Shown: piece by piece, positions 11,931 through 64,000 of the stretch
Numbering within the stretch: position 1 is the stretch's first letter
How the letters are laid out: every line of letters begins with the position of its first letter
Origin: Octopus sinensis
Taxonomy: Eukaryota
Length of the DNA: 64,000 nucleotides
NCBI RefSeq assembly: GCF_006345805.1
Contig: NC_043011.1
Location: 42,234,464-42,298,463, forward strand
Direction: 5' to 3'
Notes under the pieces: model-generated
The model's database searches: none
What the model saw: the letters and a program-made list of their open reading frames with translations, nothing else
Told to the model about the DNA's origin: nothing
Translations under genes and position numbers: made by a program

Positions 11931-13354
11931 TATATATATAGCAACTAAGGTAGCAGATGGTACCATTATGGACGGGAATAAAAGTAATGGGCTACTGGAT
12001 AAACTCATCTAAGGTAGCAGATGACACCCAAGTAGAAAATGACTAAGACAGCAAACGACTCCCAGAGCAGACCATGATAGCAGACGACACCAAAGTAGAC
12101 AGGCAACTATGGTAGCAGACGTCATCTAAGGTTGCGGACAGTACTAAACAGAATATAATTAAAATAGTAGATGACATCGAGATGGGTAACAATAAATATT
12201 GTTGACGGCTCCTGGATAGACTTCAGTTAAGACAACAGCTAAGATTGCAGTTGTAGATAAAATTTTGATAGACCACAACAAACGTAGCTGACGACAGCCA
12301 GATAAACCACATCAAAGCTAACAGATGATATCGAGATAAACTACTACGGGAAGATGACAGTCAGCACTTGGATAAATCGCGACAAAGATAAAGATGGCAT
12401 TTAAACCACAAGCAAGATAACATAGAACAGACCACAACTAAGATATCCGGCAGAGATCACAGTTAAGATAGTAGATGACAGCCTTTTACTGTCAGTGTTG
12501 GGTGATGATCTGTGTGCCATTAATAGTAATAATAAGTCCCAGGCGAATGGAATTGGTGAGCCAGTGGTGTTTCAAATCTCCGATTAGAACCATTGCACAC
12601 CGCTTACAACATTGTTGTTCTTGGAAATAAATTTGCGCTACAACAACCCAATCCCTCTACAGCTACAAACTCGAAATTTCGTGTTTTATCCTGAATGAAA
12701 CCAATATTTAAAGATTAAGTGAAAATGACCGAGACAGTCGGATTTGGGACTGGATGTGTTGCGTGTTCATCTCTCACCAGAAATGGTGGAAAGATGTTAG
12801 GATGAAATAACATAGCTTAAGGATCACAGAGCTGAATTAACTGATTATAAATCGTTTTATTCACAGTAGGGCCTGGCGGCGAATAAAAATGTAATTGGAG
12901 CAGAGTGAGGATTGATATTCCCGGAATTGTTGAATTCTTGAGGCTCCTTCGTGTGCTATATAAAATCCGAAGCTGGGTGTAATCTTCTTACGGGGAAAAA
13001 CTGAAATACAAAACTCCACAAAATAACGGAAGGATCTCCTTTCTTCCTTTCTTATGTGTATGCCTGTGATATTTATATAAATATACATATCACAAAACCA
13101 CGCGTTAGAAGGTTACTGCTTTAGATTACTGTTTAAAAATATTAGTTTCAAATGCTGACACAAGGCTAGTCAGGAGGGATTGTTGATGGCATTGACTCTT
13201 GTACTTGACGAGGACTTTTGGCTAGCATCACGCTATCAATTCTACTAGCGCACGCGCACGCATACACGCACGCACACTTACGTGTGCACACTTGCGCACA
13301 CTTACACACGTAGATGTACAGTGTATGTTTTTGTTTGTTTTACTTTATAATACT

Positions 13355-13700
13355 TGAAGTCCTCAAGCGAGCAAAGATCACCAGCTTGGAAACCACTTTA
13401 CTTGAGACACGACTACGTTGAGCAGGACACGTTGACAGGATGAAAGACCACCGCCTACCCAAGATCATCATGTACGGTCACCTCACCACTGGCCACCACA
13501 ACAAGGAGGCGCCAAAGAAGCGTTACAAGGACTGCCTGGAGCAGTCCCTTGGCGTTTGTGACATCGATTATCGTGAGTGGTCCACTCTAACAGCAGACCG
13601 CGTTGCTTGGCGCCATACCATCAGCGTTGTTGTTTCCTCCTTTGATCTCTCGCAGTTCCTCTCTTGAAGACAAACGTCGGATGCGAAAAAAATAATGAAA
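13355..13700 (+). mobile_element. RTE LINE 3' fragment
   Basis: RLR*AGHVDRMKDHRLPKIIMYG...PKKRYKDCL...DRVAWR. Confidence 0.8.
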
Positions 13701-15029
13701 CAGCATCATCAGACCCTGGACATCCATACCGCATCAGCGAAGCCAAGCCCAAAAGATAATACTACAAAGCAATAAGAGTCACAGATTGGCAGAAACGTTA
13801 GCTTCGGAAGAAAACCCTTTTGCAGTGTTTGTCCTGCTTTTTTACTTTCTTTGTTCTTCTCCCGCCGGGACCAATTTTTTGCTTTTCACTCAGGAACAGC
13901 GGGGAGCGCTTGCACCCCCTAAAAAATTTAGTGGGTACAAAATCAAAATTTACCCGCATTTGCTTTAATGTTAACATTGAAAAAAAAATCCACGCTTTTT
14001 ATTAAAAATTTGGACCTGGGTTTACATCCCATAAACAAATTTTGTTGCTGGACTACTGGTCCCGGCAAAATTACTAGCTTTGTGTCTAAATTAGAAACCA
14101 TTATTACAAATGTGAGTATAGTGCTAGTTGGGCATTGTTATAGAATAGCGTCGGAAATTAACTTGCGCGTCCAGAACCGTAATTTCTATGGAAGAGTACG
14201 TTTTGGATATCTCAGATTTCGATTCTGGAAAGAAGAATGAAAAATGAATAAATAAATGAAACGGGGTGGACGTTTTGCTACCCACCACCTATCTTTTACT
14301 CGTAATTTCACAGATTCGACGATCTTTTGAAATTTTGTAAACATCTGAGATTGATTTTTCAAAAATATTAACTTTTTAAAACTCAGATTTAAAAAATTGT
14401 GAGTGGTTGATACTCCCCCTCCCCCCCCCCAACACACACACACTTTTTCCTTTTCTTTTTTTTTTTTTTGAATCTTAAATCTTAATCTGCAGTGCTTAAA
14501 ACATATACGCCCAAAGAAATCAAACTTTTTGGGAGCACAAGATAATTTCCGACTCTATTCTTTAGGAACGCCCTCTGTGTGTGTGTGTGTGTGGTGTGTG
14601 TGTGTGTGTGTGTGTGGTGTGTGAGCGTGCGTGCGTGCGTGCGTGCGTGTCTTATAACTGTTCCTTAATGTCGGGTTAGATGCTTTAATGTTCTGAATTC
14701 AAATCCGGTTTGCTTCTCGTTCGTCCTGGGTCTTCAAAATACTTTCGTCGGTTCATAAATATTTTTGCTCTGAGATAAAAATGAACTCATTGGTGTGGAT
14801 TATTTATACCTCGTTCTATTGAAGGTCATCCCGACCTAACGAAAATGATTACAGCGAGTGAGCGGGCGAGGGGGGGGGAGAGGACGTGATATTCAGGTCT
14901 CAACTACAGTTTGGTGCCCCAGCTCGACTTTCTGAAAAATGCATTTTTTCATGCGTAATTTTTCAGTGATGTGTTTTCGTGGGGTGTGAATTGGGAGCAT
15001 GTTGATAAAATTTCGAGTTTACTCTTTTT

Positions 15030-15423
15030 TTAACTTGTTTCACTCATTTGACTGCGGCCATGCTGGGGCACCGCCTTTTGTCGAGCAAATCGACCCCGGG
15101 ACTTATTCTTTATAAGCCCAGTACTTATTCTATCGGTTTCTTTTGCCGAACCGCTAAGTGACGGGGACGTAAACTCACCAGCATCGGTTGTCAAGCAATG
15201 CTAGGGGGACAAACACAGACAAACAAGCATATACACACACATACATACATACATATATACGACAGGCTTCTTTCAGTTTCCGTCTACCAAATCTACTCAC
15301 AAGGCATTGGTCGGCCCGAGGCTATAGCAGAAGACACTTGCCCAAGGTGCCACGCAGTGGGACTGAACCCGGAATCATGTGGTTGGTAAGCAAGCTACTT
15401 ACCACACAGCCACTCCTGCGCCT
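15030..15423 (-). mobile_element. SINE family A
   Basis: Reverse copy. Confidence 0.85.
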
Positions 15424-15612
15424 ATTTGTTAACAATTTCCTTAACTTAAACATTTTCCTTCTCCCCAGGCCCCACAGGTTTTCTGAGTTCGAAGCATCAA
15501 CAATACATAATCTACACTCTTGAAAACTTGTCATTTAAAAATATGATTTAGAAAGAGAGTTATGAGGAAACAAAGTCGAGAGGGACGCAAAAAAAAAATG
15601 CTTTAAATGTTG

Positions 15613-16105
15613 TGTGGCTGTGTGGTAAGAAATTTGCTTCCCAACCACATGGTTCCGGGTTCAGTCCCACTAAATGGCACCTTGGGCAAGTGTGTTCTAC
15701 TACAACCTCGGGCCAACCAAAACCTGTAAGTGGATTTAGTAGAGACAGAACTGAAAGAAGCCAGTCGTGTGTGTGTGTGTTAGTTACCCCACCACTGCTT
15801 CACAACTGGTGTTGGCGTGTTTACGTCTCCGTAACTTAGCGGTTCGGCAATAGGAATTGATAAAATAAGTACCAAGCTTTAAAGAAAAATAAGTACTGGT
15901 TTCACAGCAGAGGTAGTCCGCCCCTGGGCGGTACTTTTAAAGGGGCACTACTTTTGGATCTGCTGTAGGTAATATGTGGTTTTTTGTGGCGGCACATACT
16001 CTAGCTACGCTGGTGACTGGTTTCGATTCGTTCGACTAAAACTCTTCAAGGCGGTGCCCCAGCATGGCCGCAGTCTAATGGCTGAAACAAGTAAAAGATA
16101 AATGA
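15613..16105 (+). mobile_element. SINE family A carrying a 112-bp insertion
   Basis: Family A sequence split at 15904-16015 with ACTGGTTTC duplicated. Confidence 0.75.
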
Positions 16106-16340
16106 TAACGGCAATCTACACCCTCGAGAAAACATCTCCGTAAGATTTCACTAAAAAACATGCATTCTTCAGAAAGTTATGAAGAAAGCAAGTGGGTGGG
16201 GCAGCAAACTAGTTATTCTGAGGTTTTGTTTCAACATTTACAAAAAGTTTTGTTGTGTCTGGGAAGAGTCATTTTCTTTTTGTGCCTTATATTATAACAA
16301 TACTCACCGGTAAAATTTCCACTTTTTTCTTATTTTTATT

Positions 16341-16380
16341 GTCCTAAAATTTTCGTTGCATCTTGCAACCTTTTCAATAG
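16341..16380 (-). ncRNA. Hammerhead-like motif H3 with U3:A8 core
   Basis: CTA-TTGAAAA-G-GTTGC-AAGAT-GCAAC-GAA-AATT-T-TAGGAC; stem I truncated to 3 bp. Confidence 0.55.
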
Positions 16381-16914
16381 TTTTGACTCAAAACTAAAAT
16401 TTTAGGAAAATAAAAATAAGAAAAAAGTGGAAATTTTACCGGTGAGTATTGTTATATTATAAGGCACAAAAAGAAAATTACTCTCTCCAGACACAACAGA
16501 ATATGCTTCAACACACGAACTCGCATAAAGAATCTTGCAAACCAAATCCAAAAAGTTTGTTTTAATGGAAATAAACATGGACAGAGAGGAAGTTTCAGTG
16601 AAGTACAGTACTTTAGAAGAAATGGGTGGGAAAAGTATTTAGCATGAGATTTCTGAAACTGAGACAGTAAGGGAGACAGCAGGGTTCAGTGGACCACTGG
16701 GTGAAGAGAATATTTAGAATACGTTCAAAAGATGCGAAGTTGTAGCAACGAAAGAAAAAGTTAAACCACATCAATTATTTTCTCAGTGCTATATAACTAA
16801 CATAGCACTTCCTGTTTGTTTCAGGTTTAAGGGTAAAATAAATTCGGTTAATAGTTTAAAACCTGGTCACCAAAAAAAAAAAAAGAAAAAGAAAAAAGTA
16901 AAATAAACAGTCGG

Positions 16915-17074
16915 AGGAGTGGCTGTGTGGTAAGTAGCTTGTGTACCAACCACATGGTTCCGGGTTCAGTCCCACTGCGTGGCACCTTGGGCAAGTGTCG
17001 TCTTCTACTATAGCCTCGGGCCGACCAAAGTCTTGTGAGTGGATTTGGTAGACGGAAACTGAAAGAAGCCCGTC

Positions 17075-17145
<71 letters not shown>

Positions 17146-17370
17146 TGTGTGTGTTTGTGTGTCTGTGTTTGTCCCCCTAGCATTGCTTGACAATCGATGC
17201 TGGTGTGTTTACGTCCCCGTTACTTAGCGGTTCGGCAAAAGAGACCGATAGAATAAGTACTGGGCTTACAAAAAGAATAAGTCCCGGGGTCGAGTTGCTC
17301 GATTAAAGGCGGTGCTCCAGCATGGGCGCAGTCAAATGACTGAAACAAGTAAAAGAGTAAAAGAGTAAAG
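16915..17370 (+). mobile_element. SINE family A with long (TA)n
   Basis: Matches family A. Confidence 0.85.
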
Positions 17371-17374
17371 AGAG

Positions 17375-18975
17375 AGTCCAATAGGTGTAAAAGCAATGTG
17401 TAGAAAACGAATATGAAAGCAGTAATTTGCGCAAACGAACGGGGGTGGGGTGGGAAGAGGACTTTCGGAAAATTCACACGATCCGATTTTTTCCCTCACA
17501 ACTTTCAGGAAAATGGATATCTTTTAATTAAATTTTATAGAAATACCTTTCAAATAGCATAGATTACAATTATAAAGAAATTTGTGGAGAAAATGTTTTC
17601 CGGAGAGGTAGGGAAAGGAGTTTCGGAAAATTCACACGATCCGATTTTTTCCCTCACAACTTTCAGGAAAATGGATATCTTTTAGTGAAATTTTATAGAA
17701 ATATCTTCCAAACGGCATAGATTACGATTATAAAGAAATTTGTGAGGGAAATTTTTTTCCAGAGTGTGGGCGGGGGAGAGGAGTTTCGAAAATCAGTGTT
17801 TCGGATCGGGAAGACCACTTAAGTTCATTGTTGTTTTACTCCCCTCCAACCTTCCTCCGGACCGATTTTGGCCAGTGTTTTGCACTTAAAGGATCTATTC
17901 CGCAGGCACCTTTTCAGTAAAAAAAAAAAATGTATATATTTTCAGAGGAAAAAGTGTGATTTAAGGGAGATCTGGCTGTCGTTTCTAGCACATCCCAAGG
18001 CAACCCTCCTCGTTTCGTTCTCACTGTACTATGTATTGATGTTCTTCAATATTTTTCTCCCCATAAACACATTTATGCGTTTAAAAAAATTTGAAAAATT
18101 AATTTTTTTTAACCCCACTCCCCGCCCCTGATTGTTTCTGGTTATAATTTAAAACACTGGAGAGCTTGAGGTCATTTCTGGCATTTATCCACAGTGATTT
18201 TTTAAAAATAGGTATTTAGAAGATATTTAGTTTTAATTGCATACTTTTCTGTTAGAAAATGTGTTTTTCTTACACAAACACACGTCCTCGCTTGAAATTT
18301 ATATTACCATTTTTTTTGTCGATGGAATACGCGTGTGGTATCATCATTAATTGCGGAGGAGAGTAAAAAAAAAATCATAAATTTTCCAAACCGTTTTTTT
18401 CATAAAAAGATGCTCCCCATCATTTCGAAGGCTGTGGTGAAAAACAATTACGCAAATTTTTGTTTTCATATTCGTTTCTATACAATTTTTTTTTTGTGTG
18501 TGTGTGACCGAGTGCTAAACTAGATCCTGAAAGTTATGAGGGGGAAAAAGCGGATCCTGTGAATTTTCCGAAAGTCCTCTCCCTTCTGAAAACATTTTCC
18601 TCACAAATTTCTTTATAACCGTAATCTATTCCGTTTGAAAGGTATTTCTGTAAAATTTCATTACTATATATCCATTTTCCTGAAAGTTATGAGGGAAAAA
18701 TCGGATCGTGTGAATTTTCCGAAAGTCCTCTCCCCACCCCTTCTGAAAACATTTTCCTCACAAATTTCTTTATAACCGTAATCTATTCCGTTTGAAAGGT
18801 ATTTCTGTAAAATTTCATTACTATATATCCATTTTCCTGAAAGTTATGTGGGAAAAATCGGATCGTGTGAATTTTCGGAAAGTTCTCTTCTCACCCCCAC
18901 CTCACTCCCGTTCGTTTGCGCAAATTTTTGCTTTCATATTCGTTTTCTACACTTTGTTTTTACACCAATTAGACT
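17375..18975. mobile_element. Foldback-type element with long inverted arms built from about 160-bp subrepeats
   Basis: AGTCCAATAGGTGTA...GAAAACGAATATGAAAGC at left is the reverse complement of the right end; GGAAAATTCACACGATCCG units occur twice per arm. Confidence 0.75.
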
Positions 18976-19145
18976 GGTTTTTCCTTTTGTTTTGATGACC
19001 GCCTGTTAAACTGTACATTAACCAATTCTATATTTGTCTATAGAGAAAACCATATCCCGTTGTGAAAAAAATATCCGGAAGAATTATTCCTTGTGAAAGC
19101 AGTAATATTTTAAGTCAGAGATTTTTTTCCTATTACACCGCTATT

Positions 19146-19169
19146 GCATTCTGGGAACTACGTATTTCC
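19146..19169. promoter_or_regulatory. Possible ZNF143/Staf-like promoter motif upstream of DHX8
   Basis: GCATTCTGGGAA (reverse TTCCCAGAATGC) matches the Staf-binding core, 120-140 bp before the ATG in non-repeat sequence; flanks match poorly. Confidence 0.35.
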
Positions 19170-19287
19170 TGTTTTGATATGAATTTTGGAAACAAATGTT
19201 AAAATAAATTCATTTATTCCCACTGAATAATTTTATATAATTACTTCTACTACTGATTTATAATATTGACCATTTTATTGATTTAAG

Positions 19288-59214
<39,927 letters not shown>

Positions 59215-60395
59215 AACTCTCTCACACCTTGCTCATCAACTATTTTACTTCTCATTCCACTCCACCCATGACCTCTACTGTAAACACATCAATGGATTGT
59301 AAACAAAGTGTCTACCTTCCTTACCGTATTGTACATAACATTGACACAAGCAACATATTTATATGTAAGAATGTGAGGGTGTGACATTCATTCATCTCCC
59401 AGGGCTGGTTGCAGTGTAAAGAAATGACCACCACTACCAAGAGCGGTTGCCACTCCAGAGGCTTACCTTGTGAAGTCGTTTATGCCTTTCTCTCTGGAGC
59501 GTTATTTTGTATATACCTATTGATAGATGACTAACACTTTGTGTGTATGTGTATATATATGTGTAAAGATAGCTTATTCTGGATATAAAAGAGATCTTTA
59601 TAAGTAGAAAGGATTATAGTTTTCATTTTAAATGTTTTATCACTTTCAGGAAAGTTGTACAAAGAAATACTCTGAGAAGGAATTGAACCCTTGTTGAAAG
59701 CCAGGAATTGTTTTCTGGCAGACAAGAAAAAGCCAAAACCCTTTAGGATGCAGTGTCGGTAGTTGTTTAACGATTTACAAATTGGTGGCTGTGAGGTTAA
59801 AAAATTTGCTTCGCATCTACATCGACCTCGGCAGAATTTGAACTCAGCACATAATGGCAGATGAAAAATCGCTAAGCATTTCGCCCAGCATGCTATCAAT
59901 TCTGCCAGCTCATCTACAATATATTTATTTCTTTATTGCTGACAGTGAGCTAAACAGAGGGGATTAAGTCAATTACATCAACCCGGTGCATAACTGGTAC
60001 TTATTTAATCAATCCCGAAAGGATGAAAGGCAAAGTCGACCTCGGAGGAATTTGAACTCAGAACATAATAGAAAAATGAAATACCACTAAGCATTTCGCC
60101 TGGCAAGCTAACAATTCCGCTAGCTCGCCACGCTGTAAAGCATATTGAGTACATATTGACATGACTCAATGACATTTGTGAAACAGGATTTGGTCTAAAG
60201 CGTGTTTTATTGGTTGGCTGGTTTGAGACACGTTAAAAGATTTATGTTTGTGTGTTAATTAGTATCGCGTAAGAAAGCTAATAATGTTGTTAGCAGTTCA
60301 ACACTTGACATAGAGAGATCAATAAGTCAGGTGGCAGCTTGTTTAGACATGACACTATTTCAACAGCGACTTTGGACAAGTAGTTTAGTGGTGCT

Positions 60396-60399
<4 letters not shown>

Positions 60400-60448
<49 letters not shown>

Positions 60449-60770
60449 TATGTGTGTGTGTATGTATATATATTTATGTGTGTATATATATACACAAATA
60501 TATATATACACATACACACATATATATACACACACAAATATATATGTATTTATGTGTGTGTATATATATATGTATATGTATGCATATAAATATATTTAAA
60601 CAATGATATATATACATGTACACATATACATGTATACGTGTACATGTATACACGTATATACGTGTACGCATATACACGTATACATGTATACATATATGTA
60701 TATATACATATATGTATGTATGTATGTATATATATATATACATGCATACATATATACATACATATACCTT
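60400..60770. repeat. Compound (GT)n/(AT)n/(ATAC)n microsatellite
   Basis: Direct reading; source of many spurious ORFs. Confidence 0.95.
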
Positions 60771-62299
60771 GCCACTGATCATTTACATACGTACACACAA
60801 AGATATGCATAGACGGGGACAAGACACTTGAGGTATTCTTAGTCATGAAGTTATCTTGCATCAGAAAAAAAAATTCTATGCATTTGACCACAGAATATAA
60901 TGATTTTATTTCATGAATTAACTTACCATTGACATATATCAGCTGCAGACATATAAAATACATTCCGGAATCTTAATAATCTAAACTGTAACAAAACATA
61001 TGTTAGATGTCCTTGTTTATTACAGACTAATATGGTATATATCGTATTGTGATCGTTCTGGATCTATTCTTAGATCCAACCTCAAACCACTGACACTTGG
61101 GGTAGTCTTTGTGAATAACAGACCCCTTGTTTGAGTCCTGACACATGACTCATATGCTGTCATTTAGACATGGATGCTTGGGTCAATAATGGCTAAAGAC
61201 CTTTCTAAGCCACACACATATACATACATACAAATGTACATACACACACAAATGCATGAGATTGTATCTTCCCATTTATGCATGTATGCAAAGATATATA
61301 TGTGTGTGTGTGTGTATATGGAGAGAGAGAGAGAAAGAGAATGTTCAATGGTGGGGGACAGAAATGGTAGGCCTCCATATCTTCTTCATTTGCCATTCCA
61401 TCAGCTCCAGCAGGTACCATTTCACTAAAGTTGAACATAGATAGTCATGCTGTCAGCTTTTACCAAATAATCTGAAACACAAATATTTGATCTTTAGACA
61501 TAAAAGAGCAGCAGACCCACTTCTGAAGGGGAAACAATCCAGGTGTCTTAAGTGATTATATGAAAACCTTTATCAATTATTGCAGTAAACTGGGTTTTTT
61601 TTTTATTTAAACCAGGTAAATATATTCAAAAACTTGTGCCATTTTATTCCTCTCAAATTGGTGTTTTATATATATATCCTTTCATCATTTAGTGTCTTCT
61701 TTCCATGCTGGCATGGGTCGGATGGTTTGACCAGAGAGCTGCACCAGCCTCCAGTCTGGTTTGGCATGGTTCCTACAGCTGGATGACCTTCCTAATGCCA
61801 ACCATTCCAAGAGTGTGGTGGGTGTCCTTTACATGCCACCGGTGTAGGTGCTAGTTACATAACACCAGCATTGGCCACAATTACAGTTTCACTTGGCTTT
61901 AATATCACACACACACACACACGTGAACGTGTACGCAAACTTGCACATGCGTTCAAGTGCACAGCAGAATATGCAAAGGTGCACAACACATACAAGCCTG
62001 TGAACTCATGTGCATGCAAACATATGATGGAAGATGTGATTACAAGTGCACACAGTAAAATGCAAATCAGTGCACACAAACATGCATGCATTTGCTTGGG
62101 TATGCTGGTGTGCATGATCTAGCATTTGTATTTGTGCATGTGTATGCACGTGTGTGGGCATGTTTTTTTGTGTGTTTCGTGTATATGCCTATACATACAT
62201 GTACATACATGGTTATACGTATTTGTATTTATATGTATGTTATGTAAAAAAGAAACAAACACCTCATGCCCACACACAGAGGTCTATATGCATGCATAC

Positions 62300-63190
62300 A
62301 TGATTGTATGATACCTGTATGCGAACAGCTATGCTACATGGCAGTGAAACATGGGTTATGACAGCTGAGAACATGTGTAGGCTTGAAAGAAATTAAGCCA
62401 GTATGCTTCGCTGGATGTGCAATGTCAGTGTGTATACACGACAGAGTGTAAGCATCTTGAAAGAAAAGTTAGGCATAAGAGGCATCAGATGTGGTATGCA
62501 AGAGAGACAACTGCGTTGGTATGGTGATGTGATGCGTATGGACAAGGACAGCTGTGTAAAGAGAAGCCGATCCCTAACTGCAGAGGGAACCTGTGGAAGA
62601 GGTAGACCCAGGAAGACATGGGATGAGGTGGTGAAGCATGATCTTAGAAATTTTGGACCTCACAGAGGCAATGACTGGTGACCAAGACCTTTAGTGATAT
62701 GCTGTGCTTGAAAAGAGCCATCAAGCCAAATGAAATCACAGTTGTGACTGATGCTGGTATCATGTAACTAGCACCCATAACAGTGGCACATAAAGAGCAC
62801 TTTTTAAGCATTGGGCCTCATGAAGGCAAAGTGGCTGAATTCCTCCCTAGTGTTGGGCCTCACAGAGGCAAAATGGCTGAGTTCTTTTGGAGTGTTGTGC
62901 CTCTCATAGGCAATGACCCAGACCTTTGGCATTATGTCATGCTTGAGAAGAAAACGCATCAAGCCGAGCAGAATCACAGTCATGGCAGATATTGATGTCA
63001 TGCAAATGGCACCCGTGCCAGTTGTACTTAAAGACACTCATTACAATTTCAGAATGGTTGGCATTTGGAAGGGCATCCAGCCATAGAAGCCATGCCAAGT
63101 CAGACTGAAGTCTGGTGCAACCTTCCAGCTTGCCAGCCCTGGTCAAATCGTCCAACCCAAACCAGCATGGACAATGGACGTATGATGATG
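62300..63190 (+). mobile_element. RTE LINE 3' end
   Basis: LRWMCNVSV...LRWYGDVMRMD...GRGRPRKTWDEVVKHDL plus 3'UTR and (GAT)n. Confidence 0.85.
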
Positions 63191-63487
63191 ATATATACCC
63201 ATTTACGTAGGATACATTGATGGCTGCTTTACTCTGATAAGGCATCTATCGCATATAACAAATACAGACATATATATATATATATATAATAAATAGATGA
63301 GTGTATTTTTACCTTGTTAACAATTAACACGGAAAAAAAAAATAAATAGTTACCAGGGCAGCAAAATCTCACAAGTAAAGGTGTTGTAACTCCTTGTTTA
63401 TAAAGGTAGAAACTTCGTGTTTACGTTGAATATTTTGAATAATATGAATAAAAAATGGAGTTAACGCAGGTGTAATCAAATATTTTT

Positions 63488-63573
63488 ACTTTCGACACAT
63501 GTTTCGAAAATTCCACTGATACTATTCAAAAGAATGAATGGTATAAACAATGCAATCTTCTCCTCAGGAAAGT
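63488..63573 (-). ncRNA. Canonical type I hammerhead ribozyme H7 (GUC site)
   Basis: ACTTTC-CTGAGGA-GAAGA..TTTTC-GAAAC-ATGT-GT-C-GAAAGT: full consensus core, all three stems pair. Confidence 0.8.
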
Positions 63574-63775
63574 GAAAAAAACGAAACTCGTCAATAAGAC
63601 TTTTTTTTTTTTTTTTTTGCTAAAATGTCTTATTGACGAGTTTCGTTTTTTTCACTTTCCTGAGAAGATTGCATTGTTTATACCATTTATTCTTTTGAAC
63701 AGTATCAGTGGAATTTTCGAAACATGTGTCGAAAGTAAAAATATTTGATTACACCTGCGTTAACTCCATTTTTTA

Positions 63776-63822
<47 letters not shown>

Positions 63823-64000
63823 GAGCACTCTGTCAGTTATGACGACAAGGGTCCCAGCTGATAAGATCAACAGAACAACTTGCTTGTGAAATTAACATGC
63901 AAATGGCTGAACACTCCACAGACACATGTACCCTTAAAGTAGTTCTCAGGGATATTCAACATGACGCAGAGTGTGACAAGGCTGGCCCTTTGAAATACGG

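Noticed and set aside
59330-59337. TGTACATA Pumilio-type element in the presumed DHX8 3'UTR
   Set aside because: A single 8-mer in AT-rich DNA, and the UTR end is undefined because no clear AATAAA was found.
60290-60963. Many YI/CV/HT-repeat ORFs (also about 2914-3286, 16848-17193, 40117-40338)
   Set aside because: Microsatellite artefacts.

Overview
AT-rich, repeat-dense animal DNA. The SINE/LINE families and microsatellite load suggest a coleoid cephalopod, probably Octopus (inference). The only host gene I can support is a complete 22-coding-exon DHX8/PRP22 spliceosomal DEAH helicase on the + strand (CDS 19288-59214). All 21 introns are GT-AG with consistent phases; I assembled 3801 nt, about 1266 aa. 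The rest is mobile DNA: a frameshifted Penelope-like element (RT + GIY-YIG, 3986-6007, -), a full-length dead mariner (55957-57216, -), RTE-type LINE fragments, three tRNA-type SINE families, MITEs, foldback elements and mini/microsatellites. The main unexplained signal is seven type-I hammerhead-ribozyme-like motifs in small, mostly foldback, elements resembling Penelope pseudo-LTRs. They show three Watson-Crick versions of the core 3:8 pair (C:G, U:A, G:C). Three lie on the DHX8 sense strand, each 184-217 nt after a 5' splice site. Other leads: a genomic Asn replacing the conserved Asp next to DHX8 motif V that one A-to-I edit would restore, a 740-nt AG-free minisatellite before exon 6, a weak frame-shifting exon 10, and a telomere-repeat-looped palindrome. 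All alignments and folds were done by eye; ribozyme activity and editing are untested.
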